DNA of 64,000 bases from Savitreella phatthalungensis (Eukaryota): NCBI GenBank assembly GCA_051599415.1, contig AP039689.1, positions 806,001-870,000 on the forward strand. The letters run 5' to 3'. The notes under the pieces were generated by a model. That model saw nothing but the letters and a program-made list of their open reading frames with translations, did no database searches and was not told where the DNA came from. Shown one piece after another: positions 22,223 to 33,457 of this stretch. Position 1 is the first letter of the stretch. Each line of letters opens with the position of its first letter. A program made the translations under genes and the position numbers.

Positions 22223-25200
22223 TCACACAGGCAATCGACCTAGATGCCATAGCATCAGATCGATCGCTGTCATCACCTTTGTCTCCAATACTCTCGTCCG
22301 CTCAATCTCCTTACTTGCCTTCTCATCCTGTTGGGTGGGGGTGGCGAAGATCGGGGCCAGGTTTCCGAAGCGGGTGGAGCGCCAGTAGGCGACGAGTGCT
22401 TTGAGTTGTAGGATTTCGTGCGGGGATGAGGATGGTCGCTTTTGGATGCGAGCGCAGAGGAATCTCAGGTTGGTGACGTGATCGTCTTGTTTGAGGGAGC
22501 GCGATAGGGAGGAGGTCAATGCATCCATCGTCACCAAATCACCAAATCGTTCTAACAACCCACCACCCCAACCTCCACCATCACCCAGCATCACACCAAT
22601 GTCACCAGCAATCGCATCGTCCAGATCACTTGCGTCGTCCACAATGTCGAGCGCATGCTTTCCCAGGATTCGTTCCAGGGGATCGAGTGGTTCTTGCTTC
22701 TGCTTCAAGAGTACTTGGAGCTTTGTGCGTAGCAAGGTCGCTGGAGGGGAGGCGGTTGTGGTCGGGTGAAGATCGACATCGACCGGGTAGTGGCGTTTCG
22801 AGGTCGCTGTGAGGTGCAGGAGTTCGTCAATTGGCGGCAGGAGACAAGGTGAGCGAAATTGCTTGACTTCTCCAGAGCGAAGGGTGACTGTGATGTCGCA
22901 AGAGGTTGGAGCACCGGTCTCTGAGTCCACAGTCACCAGCGTTCGAGGTTGTGCAGCAAGTGCCCAAAGATGGCGAAGCGCTTGAAGGTGGACGGAATTG
23001 TCGGTTGGCGCGTTCGGAAGGATCGGATAGAAGGCAGCGAGGAGGGCTGCGATGGCGAGCGGGTCCGAGGTGTCCAGGGAGTGTGGACGACCGGCTGTGG
23101 CGGCGAGGAACAGGAGACCTGTGGCTTGCTGGGTTGCCGTGTAGATGCCGTATGTCGAATCGTTCTCGAGACGGTAGTGACATCGGCGAACTCGGCGAAG
23201 CACTGGAATGTCGCCGGTACCTGCCATCACACAGGCCGCAGCGACGCACATATTTGCCGCACACGACTTGATGAAATATCGTGCAGCGCGATCGTCGAAG
23301 GAGGCTGTGTTCGGGAGAGCTGCAAGTTCGAGCATGTAGTCGAGCTCCGTCAGGATAGCATCTCTCGCACTTTCATTGGACGAACCAGCAAAGCGAAGCC
23401 CGATGCTCATTGTAGCACCCGTCACAAGAGCATGGCGGATCGCGTCATCCGTATCGAGTCTGCGTGGCCGATCGCTGTGGACGCTGAAAAGACATGGCGG
23501 TAGACATCGCTCGACGAATTTTGCGTCCGGCTCGATGGCGTCCCAGAGAATCAGATTCAGGCAGAGCATGGCGATCAGCCAGATACTCGGGCGGAGACGT
23601 TCGAGCTGGAGGATGCTGTTTGGCGGTGCTAGACGACGAGCGACATCGGTGCTATTGCTCTTCATGAAGATGAGACCAAGAGCGACGATGGCTCCGGGGA
23701 TTTTCTGGTCGAGATCGTGCTTCTCGCGATCCAGACCCCGGATACATGCATTCAGGCGATCGACAAGGGCGACGTCGTTCAGCGATGTCATAGAATGTCC
23801 TTGCGCGATGTTGATCATACCGAGAGCCAGACCTGCACCAAGCCTGTAGGATTCTGTGCGGAACAGGTCTGGTGCTGAGGTATCGTTGTCACAGATTTCA
23901 CGTAGCATCACTTCTGACATTCGACCGTGTGACGTGCCTGCATACAAGAGTCCAATGCCGACGACGCCGGCAGTCTGAGTCTCGCAGGTCAGATTGAGCG
24001 AGAGGGACCCCGGCGGGAGAACAGCGAGGACGTGGACAGAGAGCAGACGTGTGACCATTTGGTCTGTCGTTCCGCGGAAGGAGGCTGCCAGGCCGAGGAG
24101 TAGACCGACAGAGGTCATGATATGCTTACTGGTGAGGTAATTAAATGCATGCCACGTCGCCATGGTGCGAAGATGGCCATTGAGGCCGATACCGAGCAGA
24201 AAGCCTGCGTGGGTCTCGTCAAGTGATTCAGGCTTATTGAAAGCAACCCACGATGCGGACATGTCCTGTGATGACCGGGAGATGCTCAAGCCTGCCATGA
24301 CGCCGTTATGAAAATTGCCCCAGCACTTGAGTTCGGGCGTCAAGTACGTTTTGTCTTCAGCGACAGTGACAGCGGCTGGGAGAAGCTTGACATCATAATC
24401 CAAGGTGGGAATCTCGAAGCGTTCAGTTGGAAGAGGCAATCTGGAGCTGAATGTGAAGAGCGCGCGCCCTGCCGGTGTCGCAAGACATCGTCGGTTCGCC
24501 AGGCGGGCGGTGGTCTGCTGGGCACGCAGAAGCTTCTCGTCTCCAATGTCGCTATCGAGGTCGCATTTGACAGCCTGGGGCTGATGACATTGAAGCATCT
24601 TCCTGGCTTCGTTGACACGTTGATCGACAGGATATAGTAGTCGAATGAGCTCGCGCTCCCTCTGATCAGTCGTCTCATGTTGTTCTGTCAGTGCGTCGTC
24701 GCCGGTGCGCGACAGTTCAGCAATTGTAGGCACTTCGGCATTTGGTGTGACTGGTGCTGACTTCTTGCCCAAATCTGGATGGGACACATCGGCTCGACCA
24801 ACCAGTCGGAGCAGCTTCTCATCGAGCGGAATATCGACATTAGTGACAGCGAAGAGCATCGCATCTTTGAGTGGCAGAGCGAGACAGAGTGGGAGGTCCG
24901 AGATTACACGTTGGAGCTCGTCACTGTCAGCCACCGTTCTGGCCAGAGTGGCGAGGTCACCGTCGAGGAGATATCGATAAAGCTGTACGATCCGCGCCGT
25001 CCGACGGCAGAAGACGGGAATCGTTGAAGCTCCAGCATGACCTTTGCCGATTCCGGTGCGGCGAGAGGTCTGTGTGGTCCCGAAGATTGAGTCATACGAT
25101 TGTAGGGTGACTTTGGCCTCACTATCAAGGGCGTCGATGAGCCACGATACGACGCACGGTGGTGCATCTTGTGGCTGAGTGAAGGAAATGTGTGAAAGAG

Positions 25201-27076
25201 GATCGTCAAGGGCAACTTGCGCATCACTTCCCAGGGGAAGGAGGAAATGGTCAACATATTTGTCCCAGCCGAACCATTCAGCGACCTGCGCCAGAGCAAG
25301 ACAGAGTGAGCGTGCTCGGTCTGCCGTTGACTTGTTCAGCTGTAGATCCTCACAGATGAAAAGCAGGGCAAAGAGCAGCTGAGGGCAAATCTCACGTAGA
25401 ATTGAAAGATCACACACAGAGGCGAGCGCATGTGCCTGTCTAGCCAGCTGGAGGATTGTAAGGTCGACGTGCGGATCGTAGTCTGTAAGAGCGACGTCTC
25501 TGCCCGGCAAGCAAAAGCCAGCGAGATAGGCTGTCAGCAGGACATCGAGCTCGGTGGCTTCGGGCCGGATACGACGTGTCTCGAGATACGCTGCGATCAA
25601 GGTACTGTGATGCGGTGGTGAGAGGACATGCTTGAGCTCATCGAGGATATTGATGACCAGTTCGTCGCGTGGCCACGGTATCGATACGAGCGCTTTTCCA
25701 TCGAGAGATCGGAAACGGACACGCAAGATATCTGCTTCGCCCGTCAAATCCAGAACTGCTCTTGCGAGGAGCAGTGTAGACTCGATGTTACCGGGAAGAC
25801 GCAGACTGACACGGCCGTCGGGTGCGAGAACACATAGCTGCGGACCGATCGGGGATGCCAGGACAGCTGCCGCGGCTGCGACTGATCGTGTGACGCGCTG
25901 CACGGTGACTTTGGTCCTCAAAAATTCTAAAGAGACATGCAAGAGCTGTTGTGCGTGCGTGAGCAAGATAAGCAGCTCCAATTTGCCTTGTGACAATCCG
26001 TGCTCAATGGCAGACACCTTCGGAGGTTCGTCAGGCGACCAATCGCCCACATGGAATGTCTCAACGTGGTCGAGGACTGCTTCCTTGCGAAAGGCGTCTG
26101 GGGACAGATCACTTGCATCGGAGTCGGCAAAGATGATCCGGTCGATGAATGTCGAGTGCTCGTTTGCAGCGGTCGACGGAGCTCTACTGTCGCGTGTGAG
26201 GTTGGCTCTGCGGGACTCATCTGGGTGATCGGTAGTGTTGCTGGCGAGTGAGGAGTATCGTGTCGATGGTCGACGCCTTGAGACTGGTGGGGCAGCGCGT
26301 GCTGCGCTACTGGCAGTGCGTGAATGAGAAATACTCGATCCAGGCTTTGACAATCGCCACAATGACACGGTTTTAGTGTTACGATTGCACGTCAGGATTG
26401 ACCAATCACCAGCGTATAGGAGATCATCTGCAGGACCAAGCATGTGAGAATCGCGCTGAGACGGTAGCACGACGCCTATTTCACGCATCGGATTAGTGAG
26501 GTTGAAGAGCACGGGTGATGAGGCGCTCTCGGCATCCCGCTTGCCGATGAGCTCGTTATTGTCTCTGCGGAGGATGAGCCCGAGCGTTCGTGTAGAGAAA
26601 GCTTTGGATACCCGGAATAGAAGGCTGATGACATGTCTGCGGCCATCTTCGAAGTAGACATGAGCAATGTCTTCGAGCAGGATGACAAGTGCTCGCTCTA
26701 CGTCTGAATGCAAAGTTCCTGCTGATCCAGAGGACAGCGGCGGCTTGAAAGGCTTCAAAGCTGTTGACTTGATAGCATTGCTACGCGTCCATGGCGGTTG
26801 TGGAGGACTGTAGCCGGTTGGGCCGGCAAATAAGGTATGTATAGATGATTGGGACTTTGTAGAGCCATTGTCACGCTCGAACCATGCGAAAGTTGCCTGA
26901 ACAATCCGCTGGCGTTCCAAAGAGAGGTCAAACTTGCGGACAAGACGTCCGTGAGCATGCCAGAAGACTGTGGTCCCATCAACGCGTAAATGATCGTCTT
27001 CTGTCTGTGTGGAACGCGAGTATGTGTTGTGAATAGCAGGTGCAGCATTGACCGCTGCGTTACACGAAAAGGTCAT
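22223..27076 (-). CDS. APC1: Anaphase-promoting complex subunit 1 (Apc1/Cut4/BimE); a further 5' exon is possible
   Basis: WGNFHNGVMAGL, FNKP, HAGFLLGIGLNGHL, PC repeats and HLQALRHLWALA. Confidence 0.93.
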   Translation of the reverse strand: MTFSCNAAVNAAPAIHNTYSRSTQTEDDHLRVDGTTVFWHAHGRLVRKFDLSLERQRIVQATFAWFERDNGSTKSQSSIHTLFAGPTGYSPPQPPWTRSNAIKSTALKPFKPPLSSGSAGTLHSDVERALVILLEDIAHVYFEDGRRHVISLLFRVSKAFSTRTLGLILRRDNNELIGKRDAESASSPVLFNLTNPMREIGVVLPSQRDSHMLGPADDLLYAGDWSILTCNRNTKTVSLWRLSKPGSSISHSRTASSAARAAPPVSRRRPSTRYSSLASNTTDHPDESRRANLTRDSRAPSTAANEHSTFIDRIIFADSDASDLSPDAFRKEAVLDHVETFHVGDWSPDEPPKVSAIEHGLSQGKLELLILLTHAQQLLHVSLEFLRTKVTVQRVTRSVAAAAAVLASPIGPQLCVLAPDGRVSLRLPGNIESTLLLARAVLDLTGEADILRVRFRSLDGKALVSIPWPRDELVINILDELKHVLSPPHHSTLIAAYLETRRIRPEATELDVLLTAYLAGFCLPGRDVALTDYDPHVDLTILQLARQAHALASVCDLSILREICPQLLFALLFICEDLQLNKSTADRARSLCLALAQVAEWFGWDKYVDHFLLPLGSDAQVALDDPLSHISFTQPQDAPPCVVSWLIDALDSEAKVTLQSYDSIFGTTQTSRRTGIGKGHAGASTIPVFCRRTARIVQLYRYLLDGDLATLARTVADSDELQRVISDLPLCLALPLKDAMLFAVTNVDIPLDEKLLRLVGRADVSHPDLGKKSAPVTPNAEVPTIAELSRTGDDALTEQHETTDQRERELIRLLYPVDQRVNEARKMLQCHQPQAVKCDLDSDIGDEKLLRAQQTTARLANRRCLATPAGRALFTFSSRLPLPTERFEIPTLDYDVKLLPAAVTVAEDKTYLTPELKCWGNFHNGVMAGLSISRSSQDMSASWVAFNKPESLDETHAGFLLGIGLNGHLRTMATWHAFNYLTSKHIMTSVGLLLGLAASFRGTTDQMVTRLLSVHVLAVLPPGSLSLNLTCETQTAGVVGIGLLYAGTSHGRMSEVMLREICDNDTSAPDLFRTESYRLGAGLALGMINIAQGHSMTSLNDVALVDRLNACIRGLDREKHDLDQKIPGAIVALGLIFMKSNSTDVARRLAPPNSILQLERLRPSIWLIAMLCLNLILWDAIEPDAKFVERCLPPCLFSVHSDRPRRLDTDDAIRHALVTGATMSIGLRFAGSSNESARDAILTELDYMLELAALPNTASFDDRAARYFIKSCAANMCVAAACVMAGTGDIPVLRRVRRCHYRLENDSTYGIYTATQQATGLLFLAATAGRPHSLDTSDPLAIAALLAAFYPILPNAPTDNSVHLQALRHLWALAAQPRTLVTVDSETGAPTSCDITVTLRSGEVKQFRSPCLLPPIDELLHLTATSKRHYPVDVDLHPTTTASPPATLLRTKLQVLLKQKQEPLDPLERILGKHALDIVDDASDLDDAIAGDIGVMLGDGGGWGGGLLERFGDLVTMDALTSSLSRSLKQDDHVTNLRFLCARIQKRPSSSPHEILQLKALVAYWRSTRFGNLAPIFATPTQQDEKASKEIERTRVLETKVMTAIDLMLWHLGRLPV

Positions 27077-27480
27077 CTAGGTGGATAAGCAGAGATCAAC
27101 ATGACTAGTCAACGTCCTGACGAGAACTCCTTGGGGCTCTGGAAGTGTGCTCTGGTATGTTGAAGAAGTGACGAGGTCCCCGTACACTATCCCGTGTACT
27201 GTGTGTATATGATTGTGATGATGCATGTATTGATGGAATCCTCGGAACGTGAAATTTGCATGATCGGTGCATGGTACGTGCTCCACCTGAGATCGAGAAA
27301 TTACAATCGGTGTAAGAAAAAGTCAGCGTCAAGCTTCCCTCTACATCTTGCAAGGCTCGAAGTATCGCCTCACCAGGAAAGGCGGAGGTTTATTGGCATA
27401 GCGAGCTCGTTCTGGGTATCCAAATCATCGCTGCTTCCTTCCTTCGCGTTGCTGTGGGTTGACAGGACGATTACGGCAGG

Positions 27481-27876
27481 ATGATCGGACTCAAGGGTCG
27501 GTTGAATGTGATTGACAATTCTGGAGCAACACTTGTGGAATGCATTCAGGTGCTTCGGGCTGGCTCTCACGCACGGATTGGAGACGAGATTGTCTGTGTG
27601 GTTCAGAGGTCTCGGACAGTTGGTGTAACGCAGGGCAATCAGCAGTCTCAACAGAAGGTGAAGCGTGGCGATGTGCGGCATGCGCTGGTCGTCAGGACTA
27701 AGAAGGAGGTTCGCCGTCCCGATGGCAGGTACATCAAGTTTGACGACAACGCATGCGTCTTGATCAATAACAAGGGAGAGCCACTCGGTTCACGTATTCT
27801 GGGAATCGTCGGCGCAGAACTCAGGGACAAGGGCAAGTACTCGAAGATCTTGACACTGGCACAGCGTGTTGTCTAG
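27481..27876 (+). CDS. MRPL38: Mitochondrial ribosomal protein uL14m
   Basis: LNVIDNSGA..ECI, IGDEIVCVV, ALVVRTKK..RPDGRYIKFDDNACVLI..GSRI.G. Confidence 0.93.
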   Translation: MIGLKGRLNVIDNSGATLVECIQVLRAGSHARIGDEIVCVVQRSRTVGVTQGNQQSQQKVKRGDVRHALVVRTKKEVRRPDGRYIKFDDNACVLINNKGEPLGSRILGIVGAELRDKGKYSKILTLAQRVV

Positions 27877-28049
27877 ATGGCGGTTCGGAGTAGAGCTCAT
27901 AGCACGAAGAAGGACACAGCGCCAAGCAACGATTGTAGATACACATATGCATACATTGTACAGTCTTCCGGAGGAAGAGTCTCTCCGAGCGAGATCGAGT
28001 ATTTTGAAGTGCTGAGAGTGGGACTTCCTCGTAGGCCTTGATCGTCGTG

Positions 28050-28539
28050 CTAGGGCAAGGCCAGAGGGTCTTCGAAGATCTTGCCGCAATTTGTGCAGAC
28101 GTAGAAGAGTGTCTGTTGAAGGGGCGAGGTCAGTACGGTCACACGCCGTTCAGACAGATCCAATGACTTACCATCTTTGTCTCTGCTTTGCGCTGCTGGC
28201 TCTGAAAGAAGACTGCCTTGCGCTCGCCGCACTGCGTACACTGCTTGTCACTCTGTGGTAGCGTAGGATCGCTGCCTACGTCTTGTGTGACGCCTGCTGT
28301 CTCACTATCCAAAGGGTGTCAGTCTTTCTGCGTGAAGTGCTGGGAATCTTGGAGGAACTGGACATGTCCCGAATGACTTACGCTTCCTTTGAGCGGAGTT
28401 CGTTACGGTAGACGCGACTGTTGGCAGCCAGTTCAGAGTACTCGCAGTTGCGACATGCGTAGATGAGCCTTCTGTTTGCTGCGTCTTCGCGTGGGTATAG
28501 CAGGTTGTTGCATTCAATACAGTACTGCAGCTGACTCAT
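28050..28539 (-). CDS. RPB9: RNA polymerase II subunit Rpb9; exons 28539-28382, 28304-28172 and 28112-28050
   Basis: Two GTAAGT..YAG introns join YCIECNNLLYPRED..CRNC, DVGSDPTLP..CTQC..AVFFQSQQRKAETKM and TLFYVCTNC in frame. Confidence 0.95.
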
Positions 28540-28975
28540 CGGAAGGTCTGTTGGGGGAGAGAGAGAAAATGCAGAAGTACTAGAGCTCCTGATAGATATA
28601 TCAAGAATAAGAGGCACTGCTGGGAGTGTTGCTGAAAGGATAACCTTGAGACGTCGGAGCAAGTGTAGACCTGGTTGTATCTACTGTATCTACTGTACTC
28701 TCTTGAACCTCTGTCTTGCTTTCTGAGAAAGACTGTTTATTCATGCATCTGAATAATTAAGTGATCGATCGAGAGTTGTAGCTCACTCTTTACCCAAACG
28801 CACGCACGAGACAAAATTTCTTTGGAGCTGCTCAGACGTACTACATCGAGAATCTACAGGCTCGTGCAGTCCGGTGCAGACCAGTCCGTTTACGTCTCCA
28901 GGTCGGAGTATATCAAGTATAGACAACATTCATCTGTACAAAGAGCCAGCTCAAGAACCGTCTTCTTAAGTGACG

Positions 28976-29524
28976 ATGACTGTACGGACAACTTCTCTCA
29001 CAAACGCCGCTCGAGCGTGCAGAATCTCAGTTGCAGGCGTGCGGTGGTCTAGAGCTCCCATTGTCTCTGCTCTGCGGTATAACTCTAGTGCAACCGCCGG
29101 AAGTAGCACTGGAACGTCTTCGAAGATTGATGAGATTGTGAATCAGATTTCGACGTTAACGCTGCTGGAGACTTCGGAGCTTGTAGGTGCGCTGAAGTCG
29201 CGGCTGAATATCACTGAGGTTGCGATGCCTGCTGGTGGCGGTGGTGGTGGTGCAGCTGCTGCACCTGCTGCTGAAGAGGCTGCCAAGCCTGTGGAAAAGG
29301 AGGCTGAGAAGACCGTCTTCAACTTGAAGCTCGAGTCGTTCGATGCCGCTGCAAAGGCCAAGGTCATCAGGGAGGTCAAGGCAGCCCTTGGTCTCAACCT
29401 CGTCGACGCAAAGAAGTTTGTCGAGGCAGCACCAAAGGTCCTCAAGGAGGGCGTCACAAAGGACGATGCTGAGAAGATCAAGAAGGCTCTTGAAGCAGCA
29501 GGTGCAGTCGTCAAGCTCGAGTAG
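28976..29524 (+). CDS. MNP1: Mitochondrial ribosomal protein bL12m
   Basis: R/S-rich presequence, LTLLETSELV..LK..LNI, EKTVF..KL, KVIREVK..LGLNLVDAKKFVE. Confidence 0.93.
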   Translation: MTVRTTSLTNAARACRISVAGVRWSRAPIVSALRYNSSATAGSSTGTSSKIDEIVNQISTLTLLETSELVGALKSRLNITEVAMPAGGGGGGAAAAPAAEEAAKPVEKEAEKTVFNLKLESFDAAAKAKVIREVKAALGLNLVDAKKFVEAAPKVLKEGVTKDDAEKIKKALEAAGAVVKLE

Positions 29525-29680
29525 CTCTTCCCAGTCTTTCCCATTACGTATCTATATGCCCATTTGCATGCATTCTTCTACAAGAAAATAATCGTTCTCG
29601 TCATCAATCGTCTCGTTCGTGTACTGGAGTGTCAATAGAGCGCTCGTGCGTATAGGTGTATGCGGTCCGAGGAGCTCAAA

Positions 29681-30862
29681 TCAGATCCTGATGGCAATAG
29701 ATTTCTCCAAGAGTGCTTGCTCTGCACGCATCTCTTCGAAGTCGTGGTCGCACAGGCTTGACGTTTCCTCCCAGGCCTTTTCGAATTCATAGTCGTTTGC
29801 TCTTGTTTCCTCTGCGCGCGCTGCAGTGCCTGGAGCTAGTGGCAGTGCGAGTGCTGTAGCGCCGCGCCTGGGTGTGGCTGGCGAGGGTCCTGTGGCGTTG
29901 GTGGCGACAGTACCTGCTGTGTCGCGGCCTGAGCCTGAGCCTGAAGGTGCTGCTGTCATAGCAGCGGCGGCAGCGGCGTTCGCAGCAGCTGTTGCCGCGG
30001 CGCTTGCCACACCAGCAGCAGAACCTGCCTCGGGAATCACCCACAGACTCTCGCGTAGTCGCTTGTGCCGCTCCCGATCTTCCTCCATCCGACGAACGAC
30101 CTCGTCTCTCGACATAACACCGCGCTTCTTGCTGTCTCCTGCACCGCTGACCGATGCGTGGTTGCCGTTCGCGTCTCTATGCGCATGGCCTCGTGCCGGC
30201 CCTTGAATTGCGTTCTCTTGCATCTCTGCGCATTCTGCCGCAGCCAGGGCTCCGTTGGCTGACTCTGTATGCGGTGGTAGGTGTACGGGTGCTTTGAAAC
30301 GATCTGCGAGACGTGCTTCGACGGCAGCTTGACGTTCTCTTGCTAGGAACCCGCGCGCATGCATGTCCGCCAGCCACTGCCGCACCTGCTGCAGACTCGC
30401 TCGCGCATGCACCTCGTCCTCCACCGGCAGCACAGCATCGATCACCAGATCCAAATCACGGAGCACCATCCCCGCATACGCACCCTGACTCCCCTCACCA
30501 GTAGCCTCGCCTGCGAAGTCCGTGCCATTTGTATGCACTAATGCGGAGGTGGATGATCCGGAAGTCGGCGGCTGACTGAGGAGGTCTTGTGCTGATAGGG
30601 TTGCGGTGGTTGATGTGGTGGAAGGGTTGGTAGGTTGGGAACGACGCTCTGTTTCGCAAAGTGTGGCTAGAAAGAAGAGGATGTTGAGCTGCCTGGATGC
30701 TGAGCGTGAGCCGGAGAGCTCTTCGAGCACGCACGAGTGCAGGTCTTCATCCAGGTCTGCATGCTTCAGGGCAAAAGCAGCAGTCCGCTGCTGGCTCGTC
30801 TGGGAAGCTCCAAGATGCCGCAGCAGGTCCAAGTACTGCAGTCTCCCCTCAAATGGATCCAT
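29681..30862 (-). CDS. CTK3: CTD kinase I gamma subunit (Ctk3/Lsg1)
   Basis: MDPFEGRLQY..L.ASQ.S, LDEDLHSCVLEEL, RMEEDRERHKRLRESLW, EFEKAWE. Confidence 0.88.
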   Translation of the reverse strand: MDPFEGRLQYLDLLRHLGASQTSQQRTAAFALKHADLDEDLHSCVLEELSGSRSASRQLNILFFLATLCETERRSQPTNPSTTSTTATLSAQDLLSQPPTSGSSTSALVHTNGTDFAGEATGEGSQGAYAGMVLRDLDLVIDAVLPVEDEVHARASLQQVRQWLADMHARGFLARERQAAVEARLADRFKAPVHLPPHTESANGALAAAECAEMQENAIQGPARGHAHRDANGNHASVSGAGDSKKRGVMSRDEVVRRMEEDRERHKRLRESLWVIPEAGSAAGVASAAATAAANAAAAAAMTAAPSGSGSGRDTAGTVATNATGPSPATPRRGATALALPLAPGTAARAEETRANDYEFEKAWEETSSLCDHDFEEMRAEQALLEKSIAIRI

Positions 30863-31096
30863 AGAGGAGACAGCACGGTGCGCGTCGTACAGCGCGAGAG
30901 GGTGCTGCAAATGTCTTGTGGAGACGTCTGGCTGTCACTGAGTTGCTGCGTTGATCATGCACTGCAAGGTTATTGAGTGCTATAAAGAGGATTTTGTAAT
31001 GGAGATTTACGATCGAATGCACAGGGCTACGTCGTTTGCTAGCAAGTTGTCCACGGAAGACTTCGAAAACTAGCTAATAATGGCGGTAAAGACAAG

Positions 31097-32986
31097 CTAC
31101 TTTCGCTTACTCGTCGTCTTCTTGATCTTTTGCTTCTTATCACTCTTCTTCAGCTTGTTCTTCCGCTTCTCAGCACGTTCTGCTTTGACCTGCTGCTTAT
31201 GAGCCTTGAGATCCGCTTTGTCCTGGAATCGTTTGAGACGAGCTGGTGGGAGATTCTCTTCTCTCGAGTCTGCGCCAGAGTTATCGTCGCTGTCCTCCGA
31301 ATCATCTTCCTCGTCATCGTCAGTGTCCTCGTCACTCTCCACCTCGCTTTCGTCCCCATCGAAGTGGACTTTACGCGCTTTTCCGGCTTCGCCATTGGCA
31401 CGTTCATCGTGTTCTTGCTCGGTAAAGTCTGCCATGAGGTTGGGCTGCGAGAGGATGCCCTTTGGAGTATTAGCGTCCGGAAGCTTGACGAGTTTGTTGC
31501 CGTAGATCAATTCGCTGCCTTCGCCACGCTCTACTTGCTGTGCGTCACGCTCATAGTCATACACCTGGTCAAGGTTTTGTGGGATATACGCTTGTCTGAA
31601 GACTTCATCGTCGAGCACTTCTGCATCATCGCCTGTCGCCAAGGGCAAGTTTTCCTCGATCTCGAGGTATCGGACTGCTGCATCGACATCGCTCGCCGCG
31701 GGCACGGTTTCTAATTTGCCCTTCTCTGCACTTTCTTGGACCTCTTCCGCTGTGACGAATTCAAAGACCGCTCTCTGAGTGAATGTGGCGACACCCGATC
31801 GTGCAAAGAAGTCCGTCACGTTCTTGATGTCCATGCGGAGGAACTCAAGTGAGCGAGGATGCTCAGGTTCTACTGATTGCGACACATCGATCCAGGTCAG
31901 CTGTTTCTGGTGATAGAGCAGATTGTACTCTGACAGGTCGGCATGGACGAGCCGGCATACATGCCAGAGTTTGCGAACGGTTGCCAGGAGTGATAGATAG
32001 AGCGATCGAAGTCTGTCCTTTGACAGATTCGGAGCAGCGTCTTTGAGTCGTGACGATGCCCAGCCGTCCTTGCCTGCGACGAACGACATGACGAGCACAT
32101 GACTACGAAGACAGACAGGTTCAGGGCACGGAATCCCAGCTGCGTACAGCCGTCGCAAGTTCCTGAACTCCTTCTCAGCCCACAGTTTGACCATCTTGCG
32201 CGGATTGCTCTTCGCGTATCCACTTTTGAACCTGAACTCGCCGGTAACGTAGCGGTCACGGTCCTTGAAGACGAGAATGGAGGTCTTGTAAATCTTGACT
32301 GCGAGTGGTCTGCCTTCCGGCGATTCCGCTGCGTATACGTTGGCCTCTTTGCCTGTCGACACACATCCGCTGATGGAATGGAGAATGCCATTGTTGATGA
32401 GCTTAAGCAGGATGATGCGTGTCCGTGGATCTAGCACTTGCTCCGAGGTGGCGCGGTCGCTCTTGTCACGATCAACGTTACCAAATCCTGATCCGCCACC
32501 AGAGGCGCCGCCGGAGGACTTGTTGCTACCGTCTGACGGTGGCGCGCTCAAATTGAGACGATTTGCGAGCTTGGCAAGAAGTTCAGCATTGCCTTCGGCC
32601 ATAGCCTTCCGCTGAACGTGGGTGCGCGTTGCTGAGGGATTGAATTTTGGCAGCATGGCTGTTGCCGGTGTAGATGTAGTCTGAGTGCCTGTAGTTGTCT
32701 TGCTCGTTGTTCTTGCGCTTGACGGCGCGTAAGAGGCAGTACCTTTGCCCGTGGCTGCACGCTGTGCCTCTACCATGGCACGATGGCGATTGTAGGCTTT
32801 GGTAAAATCGCCGCGAGCGCCCTCCCAGCCAATGTTGACATCGTCTACAATATCATCGTCCGTATCTGAGTCAGATTCGTCTGACTGATGCAATGAGTCC
32901 TCCCAATAGCTGGCCATAGCACGATCGTGCTCTTGCGCCTGCACATCTTCCTGGAAGTAGTCATCGAGCCGTGCAGCTTTAGCCAT
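31097..32986 (-). CDS. RIO1: RIO1 atypical kinase (40S maturation)
   Basis: DKSDRATSEQVLDPRT, STGKEANVY, KIYKTSILVFKDRDRY, WAEKE, LVHADLSEYN, IDVSQSVE, acidic and Lys-rich tail; start inferred at MAKAARL. Confidence 0.95.
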   Translation of the reverse strand: MAKAARLDDYFQEDVQAQEHDRAMASYWEDSLHQSDESDSDTDDDIVDDVNIGWEGARGDFTKAYNRHRAMVEAQRAATGKGTASYAPSSARTTSKTTTGTQTTSTPATAMLPKFNPSATRTHVQRKAMAEGNAELLAKLANRLNLSAPPSDGSNKSSGGASGGGSGFGNVDRDKSDRATSEQVLDPRTRIILLKLINNGILHSISGCVSTGKEANVYAAESPEGRPLAVKIYKTSILVFKDRDRYVTGEFRFKSGYAKSNPRKMVKLWAEKEFRNLRRLYAAGIPCPEPVCLRSHVLVMSFVAGKDGWASSRLKDAAPNLSKDRLRSLYLSLLATVRKLWHVCRLVHADLSEYNLLYHQKQLTWIDVSQSVEPEHPRSLEFLRMDIKNVTDFFARSGVATFTQRAVFEFVTAEEVQESAEKGKLETVPAASDVDAAVRYLEIEENLPLATGDDAEVLDDEVFRQAYIPQNLDQVYDYERDAQQVERGEGSELIYGNKLVKLPDANTPKGILSQPNLMADFTEQEHDERANGEAGKARKVHFDGDESEVESDEDTDDDEEDDSEDSDDNSGADSREENLPPARLKRFQDKADLKAHKQQVKAERAEKRKNKLKKSDKKQKIKKTTSKRK

Positions 32987-33457
32987 GCTTCTTAGCGAAG
33001 AGGCAGCCACAACGGCAATGAGCTCTAGACGTCGGATAGAGCCCTTTGACTCTGCAGCGATGTGAGTGATCTGTGTGCTGTGTACAGTATGGCTTATGAG
33101 TTCATCAGGCACATTGTAATTTGTCTGCATACGGACTTCATTCTGGTCAAAAGGATATATTCCTGATTGGGAGATTGATCGATGATGGCACGGGATATGC
33201 TCAGGACGATGCAGCTACTACACATGGTACACTCGATCTCCAGGATCTCCGAGAGCCAAGTCGAGTCAAGAGCACAAGACAGCAGAAGCATCAAGCGCAC
33301 AAACACAGAAACAATTCCAGGAAAGGCTGATCTGATGGACATCACGCCTTTTGCATTCCTGGAATCAATGCCAAAAGCGCAGTCTATAGTACAATGAATT
33401 GGAAAAGAGTGGCGCTCAGCTCTCGCGTGAGACACACCGAGGCTCTGCACCCGAGCT

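Noticed and set aside
27215..27289. GTGATGA...CTGA spacing resembling a C/D snoRNA
   Set aside because: There is no terminal stem and no convincing rRNA antisense element, and it lies in the APC1/uL14m promoter or leader.
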